Positions 1-10,910 of a DNA stretch of 64,000 bases are shown piece after piece. Made by a program: the position numbers and the translations under genes. Source of the DNA: Felis catus (Eukaryota); the NCBI RefSeq assembly GCF_018350175.1, contig NC_058369.1, positions 3,226,001-3,290,000 on the forward strand, read 5' to 3'. The number at the start of each line of letters is the position of its first letter. The stretch's first letter is position 1. The notes under the pieces are model-generated. The model was not told the origin of the DNA and searched no databases. It saw only the letters and a list, made by a program, of their open reading frames with translations.

Positions 1-31
1 TTGGCCAGGCCGCCGTTGAGGCCTTGGGGCT
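1..31 (-). CDS. STAP2: STAP2 exon 12, partial (EPQGLNGGLA...)
   Basis: CTCCAG acceptor ending at 32; resembles recalled human EPKVFNGGLG; runs off the window. Confidence 0.85.
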
Positions 32-108
32 CTGGAGGAGGGGGCAGAGGAGGGACTGAGGCCCGCTCTCCACCGGACAAGGGAAGGGCTTGGGGGCGGG
101 ACCCCTAC

Positions 109-210
109 CTGGCTTGGGCGCAATGGGTGGCTTTGGCAGCTTTGGAGGCTTTGCCTGAACCTTTGCCACCTTCTTGAGCTTCCGGATGACCGGCCGACTA
201 GAGGAAGGCA
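109..210 (-). CDS. STAP2: STAP2 exon 11 (VPSSSRPVIRKLKKVAKVQAKPPKLPKPPIAPKP)
   Basis: CACAG acceptor, GTAGG donor, 102 nt. Confidence 0.9.
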
Positions 211-296
211 CTGTGTGGACAAAGGTGTGGCACGTCACGTCACGTCTACCTTTCAGCCTCCTCCCCTGTCCCCGTCTCCCCCCCGCCCCCACCTAC

Positions 297-452
297 CGTC
301 CCCGTTCACGTAGGTGGCGGCTGGGGTGTGTGCGATGGGGATCACGTAGTTCTCATCCTCGTTTGGGAGTGGGGTGAGCTTGTTCGGGCTCGACACGGGT
401 GTGACGGGCACGGGAGGCAGCTGCCTGGGGCCACCCGAGGGGGGTGCGGGAC
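297..452 (-). CDS. STAP2: STAP2 exon 10 (GPAPPSGGPRQLPPVPV...EDENYVIPIAHTPAATYVNGD), Pro-rich
   Basis: CACCAG acceptor, GTAGG donor, 156 nt, phase 1-1. Confidence 0.92.
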
Positions 453-1366
453 CTGGTGAGAAACGCAGTCGCCAGATACACGCGTGTGACCCTGTGCGTG
501 CGTGGTTCTTACACACGCTCACCCAGGAGTCGGTGTCTGTGTCCCTGTGTCGCATAACCTGGCACACCGAGTGAATTTGCATAGTTGAATACAGGCAGAG
601 GGTTTGTACGCGCACCTGAATGCGTGGGTACGTGCCTGACACCGCGAGGGTGCTGATATTTGTCTACGTTAGCGTGTGCACCCACGTGCCTATACGTGTC
701 CAAATTTGTGCTCGCCAGTGAGCATTCGTGTCCACACACGTGATTGTGGCTTAAGGTGTGTGTATGTGTGCCACACGGGACGGGAATCGTGTGACACGAG
801 TATTCGTGCATGTGCGGAGCCCTTGTCCGTGCACGGTTCTGCACGTGAGCTGCTTGTGCAGGTGGACGCAATTCGTGTTTGTGAGTGTTCACGTGTGTAT
901 GTGTGCACATTCGTGCCCACTGTGCACAAGGGGCCCCCAGCGTCTGCTCAGCCCAGAGGCCTTCCTAGCATCGTCTTCCCGCCTTGTAAACGGGATCCCC
1001 CCCCCACCCCTTTCTCAATAGCCACCCCAGTTCCCATCTCTGGGTAGATGTCGCTCCAGGTGAGCCCTCCGTCCCCTCCATTGCCCATCTCAACCTACTG
1101 AAATCCTTTGAGGCCTTAAGCAAACACCGCCTCCTCCAGGAAGCCTCCCCCCTTTCTCTCCCCAACTCTAGGCACCGCTGTCTTCAGCCCCAGGTTCAAC
1201 CCCACAGGGCTGGAAGTGTGTCCAGCTCTGTCCCCCCCTCCACAACCCGGAGGGCAGGGTCTGGGTAACTTCTGGGTCCTTGTAACTCTGGGTCCAAGAC
1301 TGGACACGGGCGGCGCCATGTGGGTCCCAGGTCTCTCTGCACTATGGCCCAGCGGGGGGGCATCAC

Positions 1367-1441
1367 CTGGGCCTCGGGGCGCGGGGGCCTCGCGTGCCAG
1401 CCACACACTCTCGCCGTTCTCGTTATCCGCCTCCACGTAGC
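1367..1441 (-). CDS. STAP2: STAP2 exon 9 (GYVEADNENGESVWLAREAPAPRGP)
   Basis: TTCCAG acceptor, GTGAT donor, 75 nt, phase 1-1. Confidence 0.9.
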
Positions 1442-1564
1442 CTGGAACAGAGAGTGGTCCTAGAGGAGGCGCGGCGGCTGGGGGTTGATCCAGGGGTGCC
1501 CCGTGGGGGCAGGGGAGGGAGAGGCACGTACTGGGTTCCCGGAGTTCCCTGAGGCCGCACTCAC

Positions 1565-1667
1565 CTAGCACCTTCTCATAGTCCTCGTCTGGCAGGAAGG
1601 GCACCAGCGATTTCTTGGTGCGTGTCACGAAATAGTTGACCACTGCGTCAAGTGAGTCGCAGGAGAA
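1565..1667 (-). CDS. STAP2: STAP2 exon 8 (FSCDSLDAVVNYFVTRTKKSLVPFLPDEDYEKVL)
   Basis: TCCAG acceptor, GTGAG donor, 103 nt; contains Y250. Confidence 0.95.
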
Positions 1668-1759
1668 CTGGAGGCGGGTAGAGGTCGCAGTCGGGGCTGT
1701 TGGGGAAGGGGCGCAGACCCCCCCCCCCGCGTTTTCCAGTACCCCAGCCCAACGCTCAC

Positions 1760-1829
1760 CGGCTCCTCCACGTCGATCACATACTTGGGGCCCTCGTGCT
1801 TCACCTTGTAGTGCCGGACCACCGACGAC
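1760..1829 (-). CDS. STAP2: STAP2 exon 7 (SSVVRHYKVKHEGPKYVIDVEEP)
   Basis: GGCAG acceptor, GTGAG donor, 70 nt. Confidence 0.95.
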
Positions 1830-2047
1830 CTGCCCAGGAAGTGGTGAGTGAGGGGGCTGGCGCAGGCCCAGGAGGAACCCGCCCCTCGTCCTGGCTCCGC
1901 CCCCACGGAGGGGCTAACCTGGTCCTCCGCACAGTGACCGTGCCCTGACCTGGCGTGACTCTCCCGGGAGAATCAGGCCCTCTACTGACTGCACACCCCC
2001 GCCCCCCAGGAAGACCCCTCCGCTGTCTTGGCACTGCACCTAAGGAT

Positions 2048-2290
2048 GGCCACGCCCTGATGGCTCCACCCCGGGAGGCCCCGCCCCTCCTCTAGCCCCG
2101 CCCCGTGGGTTCTAACTCCGCCTTCGATGTGGAGGGCCACGCCCTGATGGCTCCACCCGGGAGGCCCCGCCCCTCCCCTGGCCCCGCCCCGTGGGTTCTA
2201 ACTCCGCCTTCGATGTGAGGGCCACTCCCTGATGGCTCCACCTCCGTGAGGCCCCGCCCGTGGGTTCCAACTCCGCCTTCGATGTGGCCC
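2048..2290. repeat. GC-rich minisatellite, about 3 copies of an ~86-bp unit, in STAP2 intron 6
   Basis: GGCCAC(G/T)CCCTGATGGCTCCACC...GTGGGTTC(T/C)AACTCCGCCTTCGATGTG units start at 2048, 2135 and 2220; the third is internally shortened. Confidence 0.9.
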
Positions 2291-2746
2291 TACCCTTCAC
2301 CTGGCTATCCCAAAGAAGGATTTAGGGCCAGGCTCTGATCCGTCCCCAAAGTGGACCTCCAAAGCCTGATTCAACCACCCTGGTTCAAGGGGAAGACCGG
2401 CCTACGACTCCACCCACAAGTCCTGACTCCGCCCAAAGGGCTGGTTACCACCCATGGATTTGATTTCTTCCTTGTTCCGGAGGTCCAGACCCGGCCCCGA
2501 TTCCGCCCCGAAGAGCCCATCCTCACCCAAGGGTCTGAGCTCACCTATAGAGTCCCGCCCCCGCCTCAGGATCTAACCACTCCCCCCAAGGGGTCCTCCG
2601 TCCGGCCCTTGGCTCCGCCCCCAGGCGTGGACCCCACCCCCCATTCCGGGGAAGGGCCGGCCTCGGGATCCCACGCCCCCCCGAACTCTGGCTCCGCCCC
2701 CCGGAGACAGCGTCCCTCCGCCCATCCCGGCGCCGCGCATGCGCAC

Positions 2747-2881
2747 CCATTGAGCGTCTGGCGGGTGGTGACCGACACGCCGCCCGTTCCGTCCCCGCTG
2801 GGCCGCAGCAGCAGGTTTCCGCACTCGGGGTAGCGCTCCAGGAGCAGCTGCGCCTCCAGCCGGCTCACCTTCAGGAAGCAG
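2747..2881 (-). CDS. STAP2: STAP2 exon 6 (CFLKVSRLEAQLLLERYPECGNLLLRPS...TRQTLNG), SH2-like domain
   Basis: CCCCAG acceptor, GTGCGC donor, 135 nt, phase 2-2. Confidence 0.94.
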
Positions 2882-3078
2882 CTGGGGCGGACGCGTCCCT
2901 CACTCCGCGCAGGCCCCGCCCCTGGGGCGCGGCCACACCCTCCCGCGGAGCCCCGCCCCCGGCACGTGGACCTTGTCCCGGAAGACGGGATTCCCCGCAG
3001 ACCCCGCCGGCCGCCCCTTGGGCCCCGCGCCTCCGCCCGCCGCGGTCCCGGGGCTGCGCGGCCCGGCGGGGCACTCAC

Positions 3079-3179
3079 GAGGGCACCTCGAGCGCGCGGC
3101 GCGCCTCCTCTTTGGCCAGGGCCTCGGCCATCATGTACAGGTGTCCGGGCAGCAGGGTCAGGTTGGACGGGATGCGGAG
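3079..3179 (-). CDS. STAP2: STAP2 exon 5 (LRIPSNLTLLPGHLYMMAEALAKEEARRALEVPS)
   Basis: CTCAG acceptor, GTGAGT donor, 101 nt, ends phase 2. Confidence 0.95.
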
Positions 3180-3661
3180 CTGAGGGGCGATGAGGCACCC
3201 GAGGGCGCCTGGACGTCAGGGAACGGGCGGCTGGTGCCCGCGTCACCGAGGGGACACCCTGAGGTCGGGGTGCGGGCCCAGGCAGCCAGGATGGGAACCC
3301 GGGCCTGGGGGCTCCAGAGCGACCCTGCGCCTCCTCAGGGCAGGGGTGAAGAGACTTCAGGGAGGGGAAGGACAGATCAGATGCTCGAATGTAGACTCTC
3401 AAAACTCTACAGGCTGCGGGGCCAGACAGGGGACAAAGGACTAAAGCACAGATCAGGAATGTTGACAAAAACTCCTGGCTCTTAAATAATGGCAGATCAC
3501 TTTCACAGTTTTAACACTTGGCAAAAGCAGAAGCCGTTTGCGGGCTGCGTTGGGCTCAGAGGCTGCCAGCGTGAGACCCCTGTAGGAGACTCTGGGGGCC
3601 TGGTTGAGGACTGTGGCATCGAAGGAGAAAAGAGGGTCCCCGAGGAGGCACCCAGTCTTAC

Positions 3662-3718
3662 CTCTACCACCGTCAGGATGAAGCCTTTCCACATCTCCCG
3701 AGACTCCAGGCTCTCTAC
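3662..3718 (-). CDS. STAP2: STAP2 exon 4 (VESLESREMWKGFILTVVE)
   Basis: CGCAG acceptor, GTAAG donor, 57 nt. Confidence 0.95.
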
Positions 3719-4664
3719 CTGCGGAGGGACAGAAAAAGAGCCCATGGCGATGAGCCTCGGTCAATTCATCTGTGAAATGGGAACGAGGAATAATAGCCAC
3801 AGTTTTCCAAGGGTTCTTTTGAAGATTAAACGAGTTGGGACCCGGGTTACTTTAGGATGTCTGGACATCATAAGTCCTCAGGAAAGTGGGATAGAATTCT
3901 TTAATGTTACTGCGTCAAGTTTGAAAACACTACAAATCAGATCCTGTATCTCCAATGCTCTAAACCCTCCCCGGGCTCCCGTCTGCTTTGGGGTAAAAGC
4001 CAAGTCCTCCCTAGGGCCCACAAAGCCCTGCACCCCACGCCCTGTCCCCTCCCTGCCCTCCTCCCTCCCTCTGCCCAGCAGCCTCCTGCTCCTCCCCCCT
4101 CCCCCCTCCTCTTCTTCCTCTTCTTCCTCCCGGCTCTTCAGACACACAAGAGCCTTTGCACAGGTATCTACGTGCCGGTTCCCTCACCTGCGGGTCTCGG
4201 TGAGGCTTTCCCCGGTCGCCCTGTTTAACATGGTAACCCTGAGCGCGCTGCGTCCTTTCCCTAGCACTTTTTCCAAGCGTCTCCTGCCGTCTGCCCCTCC
4301 AGATATGTTTTACGCACTTGTATTGTGTACTGTGTGCCTCCCCCGCTCGACTGCAAACTCCACCACGGTGAGGAGTTTTAAGTGTCCTGTTCACTGCAAC
4401 TGGGAGAATCTCTGGCACACGGGACGCGCTCGATAACCTTAGCTGCAAGGTTGAACGATGGCGGGGGGGGGGGGGGGTGTCCATCCTTGCGGCTTGCGTG
4501 CTGTTCTGGCTCCTCTCTATGTACTGTCCCATTTTGCAGGCGAAGAACCCAAGGCCTAGAGAAGTCAAGTGACTCGGCCAGTGTCACCAACCCAGCGGTA
4601 GCCTCCGTGCGACTCCATGCTAGTGTGTGTTAGTGGTAAGTGTGACAAGGAGGGAGGGGCCTAC

Positions 4665-4787
4665 CTTGAACTTGATCTCCTGGTTCCGGAGGACCAGGCT
4701 GAAATGGATGCCTGGGTCTCGGGAGCTTCCCCAGGGTGGGTCATCTGTGAGCTTCACAAGTGCCGTTAGGTCTAACTTCTCCACGTG
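4665..4787 (-). CDS. STAP2: STAP2 exon 3 (HVEKLDLTAL...RNQEIKFK)
   Basis: AG/GT boundaries, 123 nt; lies in ORF 4620..4925(-). Confidence 0.95.
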
Positions 4788-4937
4788 CTGGGGATCCGGA
4801 AGCAGGGGTCTGAGCGCCAGTCTTGTGGCTCCCCAGGCCCTCTGGCTTGGCCGAAACACCCGCCCTCTATGCTTGGTCCCTGAGGTCAAAGGAGGGGGGC
4901 GGGGAGGGGGGGGCCACCAGCTCATTCCCCTCCTTAC

Positions 4938-5009
4938 CTGGGAGTCCCGATTGCTATTATAGAAATAGAGAGTGCAACCCTTGAGGCCTGCCCAGAATTT
5001 CTTGTAATC
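4938..5009 (-). CDS. STAP2: STAP2 exon 2 (DYKKFWAGLKGCTLYFYNSNRDSQ), PH domain
   Basis: CCCCAG acceptor, GTAAGG donor, 72 nt, phase 0-0. Confidence 0.95.
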
Positions 5010-5748
5010 CTGGGGACCAAAGGTAGAGAAAGAGAAGGAGGTGAGAAGGGAAATCCAGGTACCTCCATGGCACCCACTCCTGCCTCAGGACCTTGGCACT
5101 GGCCGTTTCCTCTGCCTGGAGACTCTTTCCCCAGATCATCACAGTTTCCTTCATCACCTGCTTTGGGTCTTTGAACGAACGTCGCCTTCTCTGGGAGGCC
5201 CTCCCCATCCATGGCCCAACTTCTGGGGATCTGTTGTTCTTTGAGAAAGGACCAAAGAATCCTCCTTGATGGAATGGGGAATGCAGAGCAGCGCCCCGCC
5301 CCCGCCCTGCCCCTGGCCAGTGTACAGAGGTAGGAGATCCAGGAGTAAGTTGAACTAACCGTCCACCCACCCACCCATCTATGTACCCATTTTCGCACAC
5401 ATACACCCCCTTCTCCTTGTCCACCCCATAAATGTTTATTGGGATCTCCTGTGGGCCTGAGTCTGCGGTCTCAGAATTTCACAAGGTTCTGGACTCTAGA
5501 AGTTATTGCCGATTCAGGATTTGCCCCCAGGATTCTGAATTATAAATGTCCTAACTCTCTGGTGGTCCAAGGGGGCTGATACAGCCCAGATGGTAAGAGA
5601 ATGGGTTTGTTTGGTTTTTTTTCCAGCAAATATTCCCTGAACATCTACTCTGCACCCAGTTCTGTTGCAGAGGCAAAATACTACCTGGGACATGGCTTCT
5701 GTTTCTAAATAGGTTGTCTTCCAGAAGAATATAGAAAGCATAGATACT

Positions 5749-5964
5749 CGGGCACCTGGGGGGCTCAGTCGGTTGAGCGTCCAACCTCAGCTCAGGTCAC
5801 GATCTCACAGTTCGTGGGTTCGAGCCCGGCGTCGGGCTCTGCGCTGACAGCTCGGAGCCTGGAGCCTGCTTCTGATTCTGTGCCTCCCTCCTCTCTCTCT
5901 CTGCCCCTCCCCCACTCACACACTGTCTGTCTCTCAAAAATAAATAAACGTTTAAAAACTAAAA
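5749..5964 (+). mobile_element. Can-SINE (tRNA-derived) with 16-bp TSD
   Basis: SINE head, (CT)n, A-tail; AGAAAGCATAGATACT at 5733-5748 and 5965-5980. Confidence 0.92.
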
Positions 5965-6154
5965 AGAAAGCATAGATACTAAATCTTCCAGGGAAGAGTA
6001 ATCAGTACCCCGAGAGGGACAAACCCTAGGCCTTGAGATCTGGAGAAAGGCCCTCCAACTGGGAAATCCGGGAAGACTTCCGGGAGGAGGAGGTACTTTC
6101 ATTAGTCCGTAATGATAATGAGGATAGTTTTCATATTGATGCCCAGTAGCCATC

Positions 6155-6285
6155 ATCAGTCCACCTGTCCATCTGCCTGCCCATCCATCTCTTCATCCAC
6201 TTATCTACCCACCCACCCATCCGTCTCTATGTCTGTCCAACCATCGACATACCCATCCATCCACCTACCCATCTGTCCATAGATA
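6155..6285. repeat. Degenerate (CCAT)n/(CCAC)n simple repeat
   Basis: CCATCCATC, CCACCCACCCATCC arrays in STAP2 intron 1. Confidence 0.75.
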
Positions 6286-7261
6286 CATTTAAGTGACATT
6301 TACTGAGGACTTACCATGTGCTCGGCCCTGGGAGCAGAGCAGTAAGTGATTAAACTCAGCAGGTCAGACCTGCTTTGTCGTGTACCCACTATACGCCATT
6401 GCACAAGGTATTTAAGCTCTCCGTGCCTCAGTTTCCCCACCCATGAAATGGCAATAAAGAGGAACCTACCGCAGAGGCCGCTGAAAGAATTGGGTGCGTT
6501 AATACCAGTGAACAGCGTTTGCAGAGTCAGGACCCCAGACCCCTTCTCCAGTAACCATGGTTACGGCCCTACTATACCCATTGTGTAATAGAGAAAACTG
6601 AGGCACAACGATGGAGAGTCCCTTGCACAAGGCCTGGGAGTCAGGAAGACGTGGGGACCCCTGTGGCCTAGATGGTGTGTAGGCCTGAGGGGGGCGGTGG
6701 GGGGTGGGCACTTGGAGGCACAAGGAAAGGAGGAGGGGACCGCAATCCGCAGTGGCGGTGGGGGTGGCCAGGGACCGCAGTGGGTGGGTGTTTGGGGTTG
6801 TAGCAGAAGATGAGACAAGTGTGGGGGGTGGGGCGCCTCAGGGAAGGAGGCACTGGGCTTGCATCCGTCTCTGGTCCTGCCAGATGCGGCCCCCTCAGCT
6901 ATCTCTCCTGGCCTTGACCCCCCCCCCCCCGCAGCCGAGGCTCGGCTCAAGGTTAGTGTGGGGCTGGGAGCTAGGAGCCAGAAGGTTTTCCACTTCCTGG
7001 GGGAAGTCCCTGATCTGTTTGTATCCAAGAGACAGAGAAGAGAGACCAAGAGGGAGACAGAGGGAGGCAGACAGGCAGGGAGAGACACAGAGAAAGAGAT
7101 AAACCAGAGTCAGAGACAGCCAGAGGGTGGGCAGAACCTTTTCCAGCACCCCCAGCAGGCGCCCGGCCCCAGCCACTACCCTCCCCGCCCCCTCGGCCAG
7201 GTGTGAAGATCCAGGCCCAGAGAGGTGAGTGCAGCCACCTAGGAGCCCAGCAGTGCCTTAC

Positions 7262-7363
7262 CCGGTCACAGGGTCCCTTCTTCTCCAGAAAGTTCTCGTA
7301 GTAGTGTGAAGGTAGAGCGCCTTTGGGTTTGGGGACCCGGGGTGGGCTTAGGGCTGAGGCCAT
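7262..7363 (-). CDS. STAP2: STAP2 coding exon 1 (MASALSPPRVPKPKGALPSHYYENFLEKKGPCDR)
   Basis: Kozak GCCACCATGG on the - strand; donor GTAAG at 7261-7257; 102 nt. Confidence 0.96.
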
Positions 7364-7996
7364 GGTGGCCCGGGTCTTTGGCCTTGGCCTCTCCCTGGGG
7401 TGGGTGCCCCAGCTGGGCCAGGAAGCAGAGAAACCGGTTCCAGGGGAATTTTCTCTTCTGTCAGCTCCCCAGCTCCCTCCCCTGCCAGGTGCTGGGCGGG
7501 TGCTGGGCCAGGCAGGTCCTAGGGAAATCCCAGCCTCTCTGGTCTCCCCAAGAAGTCTGGGAGGCCCGCTGGAGTTGGGGAGGAGGGAGCCACTGGGAGG
7601 CTCTCAGTGCTGAGCGGGGACTGGGCAGAGGGCGCACCGGGAGGAGGGACCTGCCTAAGCAAAGGTCTGGATGTGAGAAAGGGAGGAGCCTGGTGCCCGC
7701 GTGGCAGTGCGTGTGTCCAGAGAGGACACAACAGGGACATCGCATGAAGGTCTGCGTGCCCCTTAAGCTGCCTGCCTGCTATACCAATCTTCCCTAAATC
7801 TACAAAAAAAAAAAAAAAAATCTTGCCGGGATTTTGATAGGAATCGCACCTGTGTGTCACTGGGAGCAGACAGGAGATGTCAACTCTTTGACAAGAGTCA
7901 ACTGAGCCACCAACTGAGCCACCAACTGCTGAGCCACCCAGGCGTCTCCAGTTTAAAAAAAAAAAATTATCTAAGGGGCGCCTTAATATCTATTAA

Positions 7997-8824
7997 GGGG
8001 CGCCTGGGTGGCTCAGTCGGTTAAGCGTCCGACTTCAGCTCAGGTCTCAGATCTCGCGGTCCGGGAGTTCGAGCCCCGCGTCGGGCTCTGGGCTGATGGC
8101 TCGGAGCCTGGAGCCTGCTTCCGATTCTGTCTCCCTCTCTCCTGCCCCTCCCCCCACATGCTCTGCCTCTGAAAAACGAATAAACCTTTAAAAAATTTTT
8201 TAAAGGTTTTATTTAAGGGGCTCTTGGCTGGTTCAGTGGGACGTGTACGAGGAGACTCTTGATCTTGGGGTCATGCGATTGAGCCCCACGTTGGGAGGTA
8301 GACTGTACTTAAAAAAGTGTATTTATGGGCGCCTGAGTGGCTCAGTCGGTTAACCTTTGGACTTAGGCTCAGGTCAGGATCTCACAGCTCCTGAGTTCCA
8401 GCCCTGCGTCTGGGTCTCTGCTCTCAGCACAGGGCCCGCTTAGGATCGCTTAGGATCCTCTGCCCCCCCTCCCTCTTTGCCCCTGCCCCCCTCCCCCAAA
8501 TAAACATTTTAAAAAATCTTTGAAGCTTTTATTTAAATTTCAGTAATATTAGTTTCAGGTGTACAATATAGTTATCCAACACTGCCTTCCGTACAACACC
8601 CAGTGCTCATCAGGACAAGTGCACTCCTTCGTCCCCATCACCTATCTCACCCCCCCACCTCTCCTCTGGTAACCAGCTGTTTGTTCTCTTTAGTTAAGGG
8701 TCCCTTCCCTCCCCTCCCCTCCCCTCTTCTCCTTTCCCCTTCATTCTTTTCTTCCTCTGTCCCTCTTTTTTCCTTTCTTTTTTCTTTTGAGAGAGCATGT
8801 GTGAACAGGGGAGGGGCAGAGAGG

Positions 8825-8862
<38 letters not shown>

Positions 8863-9195
8863 ATCCCATTGTCACCCTGGAGCCTGACTCCACTCGGGGC
8901 TCGAAGTCACACATCTCGAAATCATGACCTGAGCCAAAAATAAGACTCAGATGCTTAACCAACTGAACCACCCAGGCGCACCGAAGAGTCTGTTTCTTAA
9001 GGGGCGCCTGGGTGACTCTGTTGGTTGAAGTGTCCAACCTCGGCTCAGGTCATGATCTCAAGGTTCGTGAGTCTGAGCCCCGCATCGGGCTCTCTGCGGT
9101 CAGTGCCGAGTCCGCCTCAGATCATCTGTCCCCCTCTCCGCCTCTCCCCCGCTCGCTCACTCTCTCAAAAATAAATAACATTAAAAAAAAATTTT
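7997..9195. mobile_element. Cluster of Can-SINEs (7997-8200 +, ~8217-8315 +, 8327-8520 +, ~8770-8981 -, 9001-9195 +) with an L1 3'-end fragment at ~8527-8700 (-)
   Basis: Repeated GGGGCGCCTGGGTGGCTCAGTCGGTT-type heads, CT/GA tracts including (GA)17 at 8827-8860, A-tails. Confidence 0.85.
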
Positions 9196-9324
9196 TTTTA
9201 AAGGCGTCTGTTTCTTGGTTTGCCTCTCTCTCTCTCAGCGTCATCCATCAGGGTTGGAAACAACTTCCAAATTCCCGGTACTGTTAATAGTTTGCCCTCT
9301 TCCCATGAGCCACCAGAAGTATAC

Positions 9325-9511
9325 AATGATAATGGAAATGTTTGGAATAGTACGAGAATTACCAAAATGAGACACAAAGTCAGCAAATGCTGTTGGAAAA
9401 GCGATGCCGTTTGATGTGGGGTTTTCGCAAACCTTCAATTTGTTTAAAAAAAAAAAAGGCACTATTTGTGAAGCAGAATAAAGTGAAGCTCCTTAGAACG
9501 AGATATTCCTG
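9325..9511 (-). mobile_element. Tigger1-like DNA transposon terminal fragment
   Basis: GAGAATTACCAAAATG...GCTGTTGGAAAA...AAACCTTCAATTTGT...ACGAGATATTCCTG resembles the recalled Tigger1 end. Confidence 0.65.
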
Positions 9512-9869
9512 TTTGCCTCTTGGCATTTTCTAGGAAGGCCATCCTATCATCTGCAAACAGGGCGAGTTTTATTTCTTCCTTTCCAATCGGTATGCCCCTC
9601 ATTTCCTTTTCTTGCCTTATTGCATTGGCTGGAATTTCCAGGACTGCGTTGGATACGGGTGGCGAGCGTGAATGAACATCCTTGCCCTGTTCGCTCTGTT
9701 ACGGGGAAAGCGTCTAGTCTTTCCGCATCGAGTACAATGTTAACTGCAGGTGAGTTGCTTTCCATCTGTTTCTAGTTTGCTGAGAGTTTTTACCATGCAT
9801 GGGTGTTGAGTTTTGTCCAATGCCTTTTCTGTATCAGCTGAAATGATCTTGTCGGAGACCTTTCTTCCT

Positions 9870-10360
9870 TAGTTTGCGCGTTCGTTTCCTGTGGCTGCTC
9901 TGACAAATTACCTCAAGCGTGGAGGCTTAAAACGACACAAATGTATTTCGTGGATCTCACAGAACCGAAATCAAGGCGTTGCCAGAGATGCATTCTTTTC
10001 AGGAGGCTCAGAAGATGACTCGATTTCCCTGCCTTTTCCAGTTTCTAGAAGCTTCTTGGGTTCCTTGACTCATGGTCCCCTTTCTCCATCTCCAAAACCA
10101 GCAAATACAGGCAGAATCCTTACATCACATCACTCCGAATTTCTTCTGTTGTGACTACTGTCGTCTGCTTTTAAGGACCCCTGTGATGGCATCGCCCCCA
10201 CCCAGCTAATCCAGGCTAATTTCTTTATTTTCAGGGCAGTTGATTAGAAATTTAAGTTCCATCTGCACCTTAAATCCCCTTTGCCATGTAATCTAACATA
10301 TTTACAGGTCCTGAGGATTAGAACGTGAACATCTTCAGGGAACCGTTATTCCACGACCAC
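9870..10360. mobile_element. MLT1-type (MaLR) solo LTR
   Basis: TTTCCTGTGGCTGCTCTGACAAATTACC...GGCTTAAAACGACACAAATGTATT...GAGGATTAGAACGTGAACATCTT...ACCACA, typical of MLT1. Confidence 0.75.
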
Positions 10361-10910
10361 AGCCTGTTAGATATGATGGCTAACATTGATGGATTGATTC
10401 CTGAATACTGAACCCGCTATGCATCCCTGGAGTAAACCCCACTCAGTCATGGTGTGTAATTCTTTTTATATGTGGCCAAATTCTACTTCCTAATATTTTG
10501 TTAGCGATTGTGCGTGTGTGTGCGTGCCTGTAATCACGAGGAATACGGTCTGTCGTTTTATTTCTTTTTAAAATGTTTTTGTATCGTCCTTATCTGGTGT
10601 TGGTTTCAGGGTAACGCTAGTTTCATAAAGTGAATTGGGGGGTGTGGGCGGGTGCGCGCCTGGGTGGCTCAGTCGCCTAAGTGTCTGACTCTTACTTTCA
10701 GCTCGCCCTGAGAAGGGATCTGCGCTGACAGTGTGGAGCCTGCTTGGGATTCTCTTTTCTCTCTCTCACTCTCTTCTCCTCCCCCGCTTACGCACGCACT
10801 CTCTCTCTCTCAAAAAAAAAAAAAAAAAAAAAAAATTAAATGAATTGGAAAATGTCCCCTCCTCTTCAAGCTTCTGGAAGACATTTTTTTTTTTTAAAAA
10901 GTGGTGTTAA

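Larger units (their letters stand above)
1..7363 (-). other. STAP2: STAP2 gene span (signal-transducing adaptor protein 2; PH, SH2-like and Pro-rich regions), 3' end truncated by window edge
   Basis: 12 exons join in frame through GT-AG introns: MASALSPPRVPKPKG...DEDYEKVLGYVEAD...EPQGLNGGLA. The Tyr of DEDYEKV falls at residue 250, as recalled for human Y250. Confidence 0.97.

Noticed and set aside
2048..2290. Repeat array as a CRISPR-like structure
   Set aside because: Units are contiguous near-identical copies with no unique spacers, in a mammalian intron; an ordinary minisatellite.
3489..4436. 315-aa + strand ORF antisense to STAP2
   Set aside because: Runs through the antisense of exon 4, MIR/L2-like relics and a CT-rich tract (poly-Pro/Ser); no recognisable domain.
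5749..5830. tRNA-like A/B boxes (GGCTCAGTCGGTT...GGTTCGAGCCC) here and at other SINE heads
   Set aside because: tRNA-derived SINE heads followed by SINE body, CT tract and A-tail; not tRNA genes.
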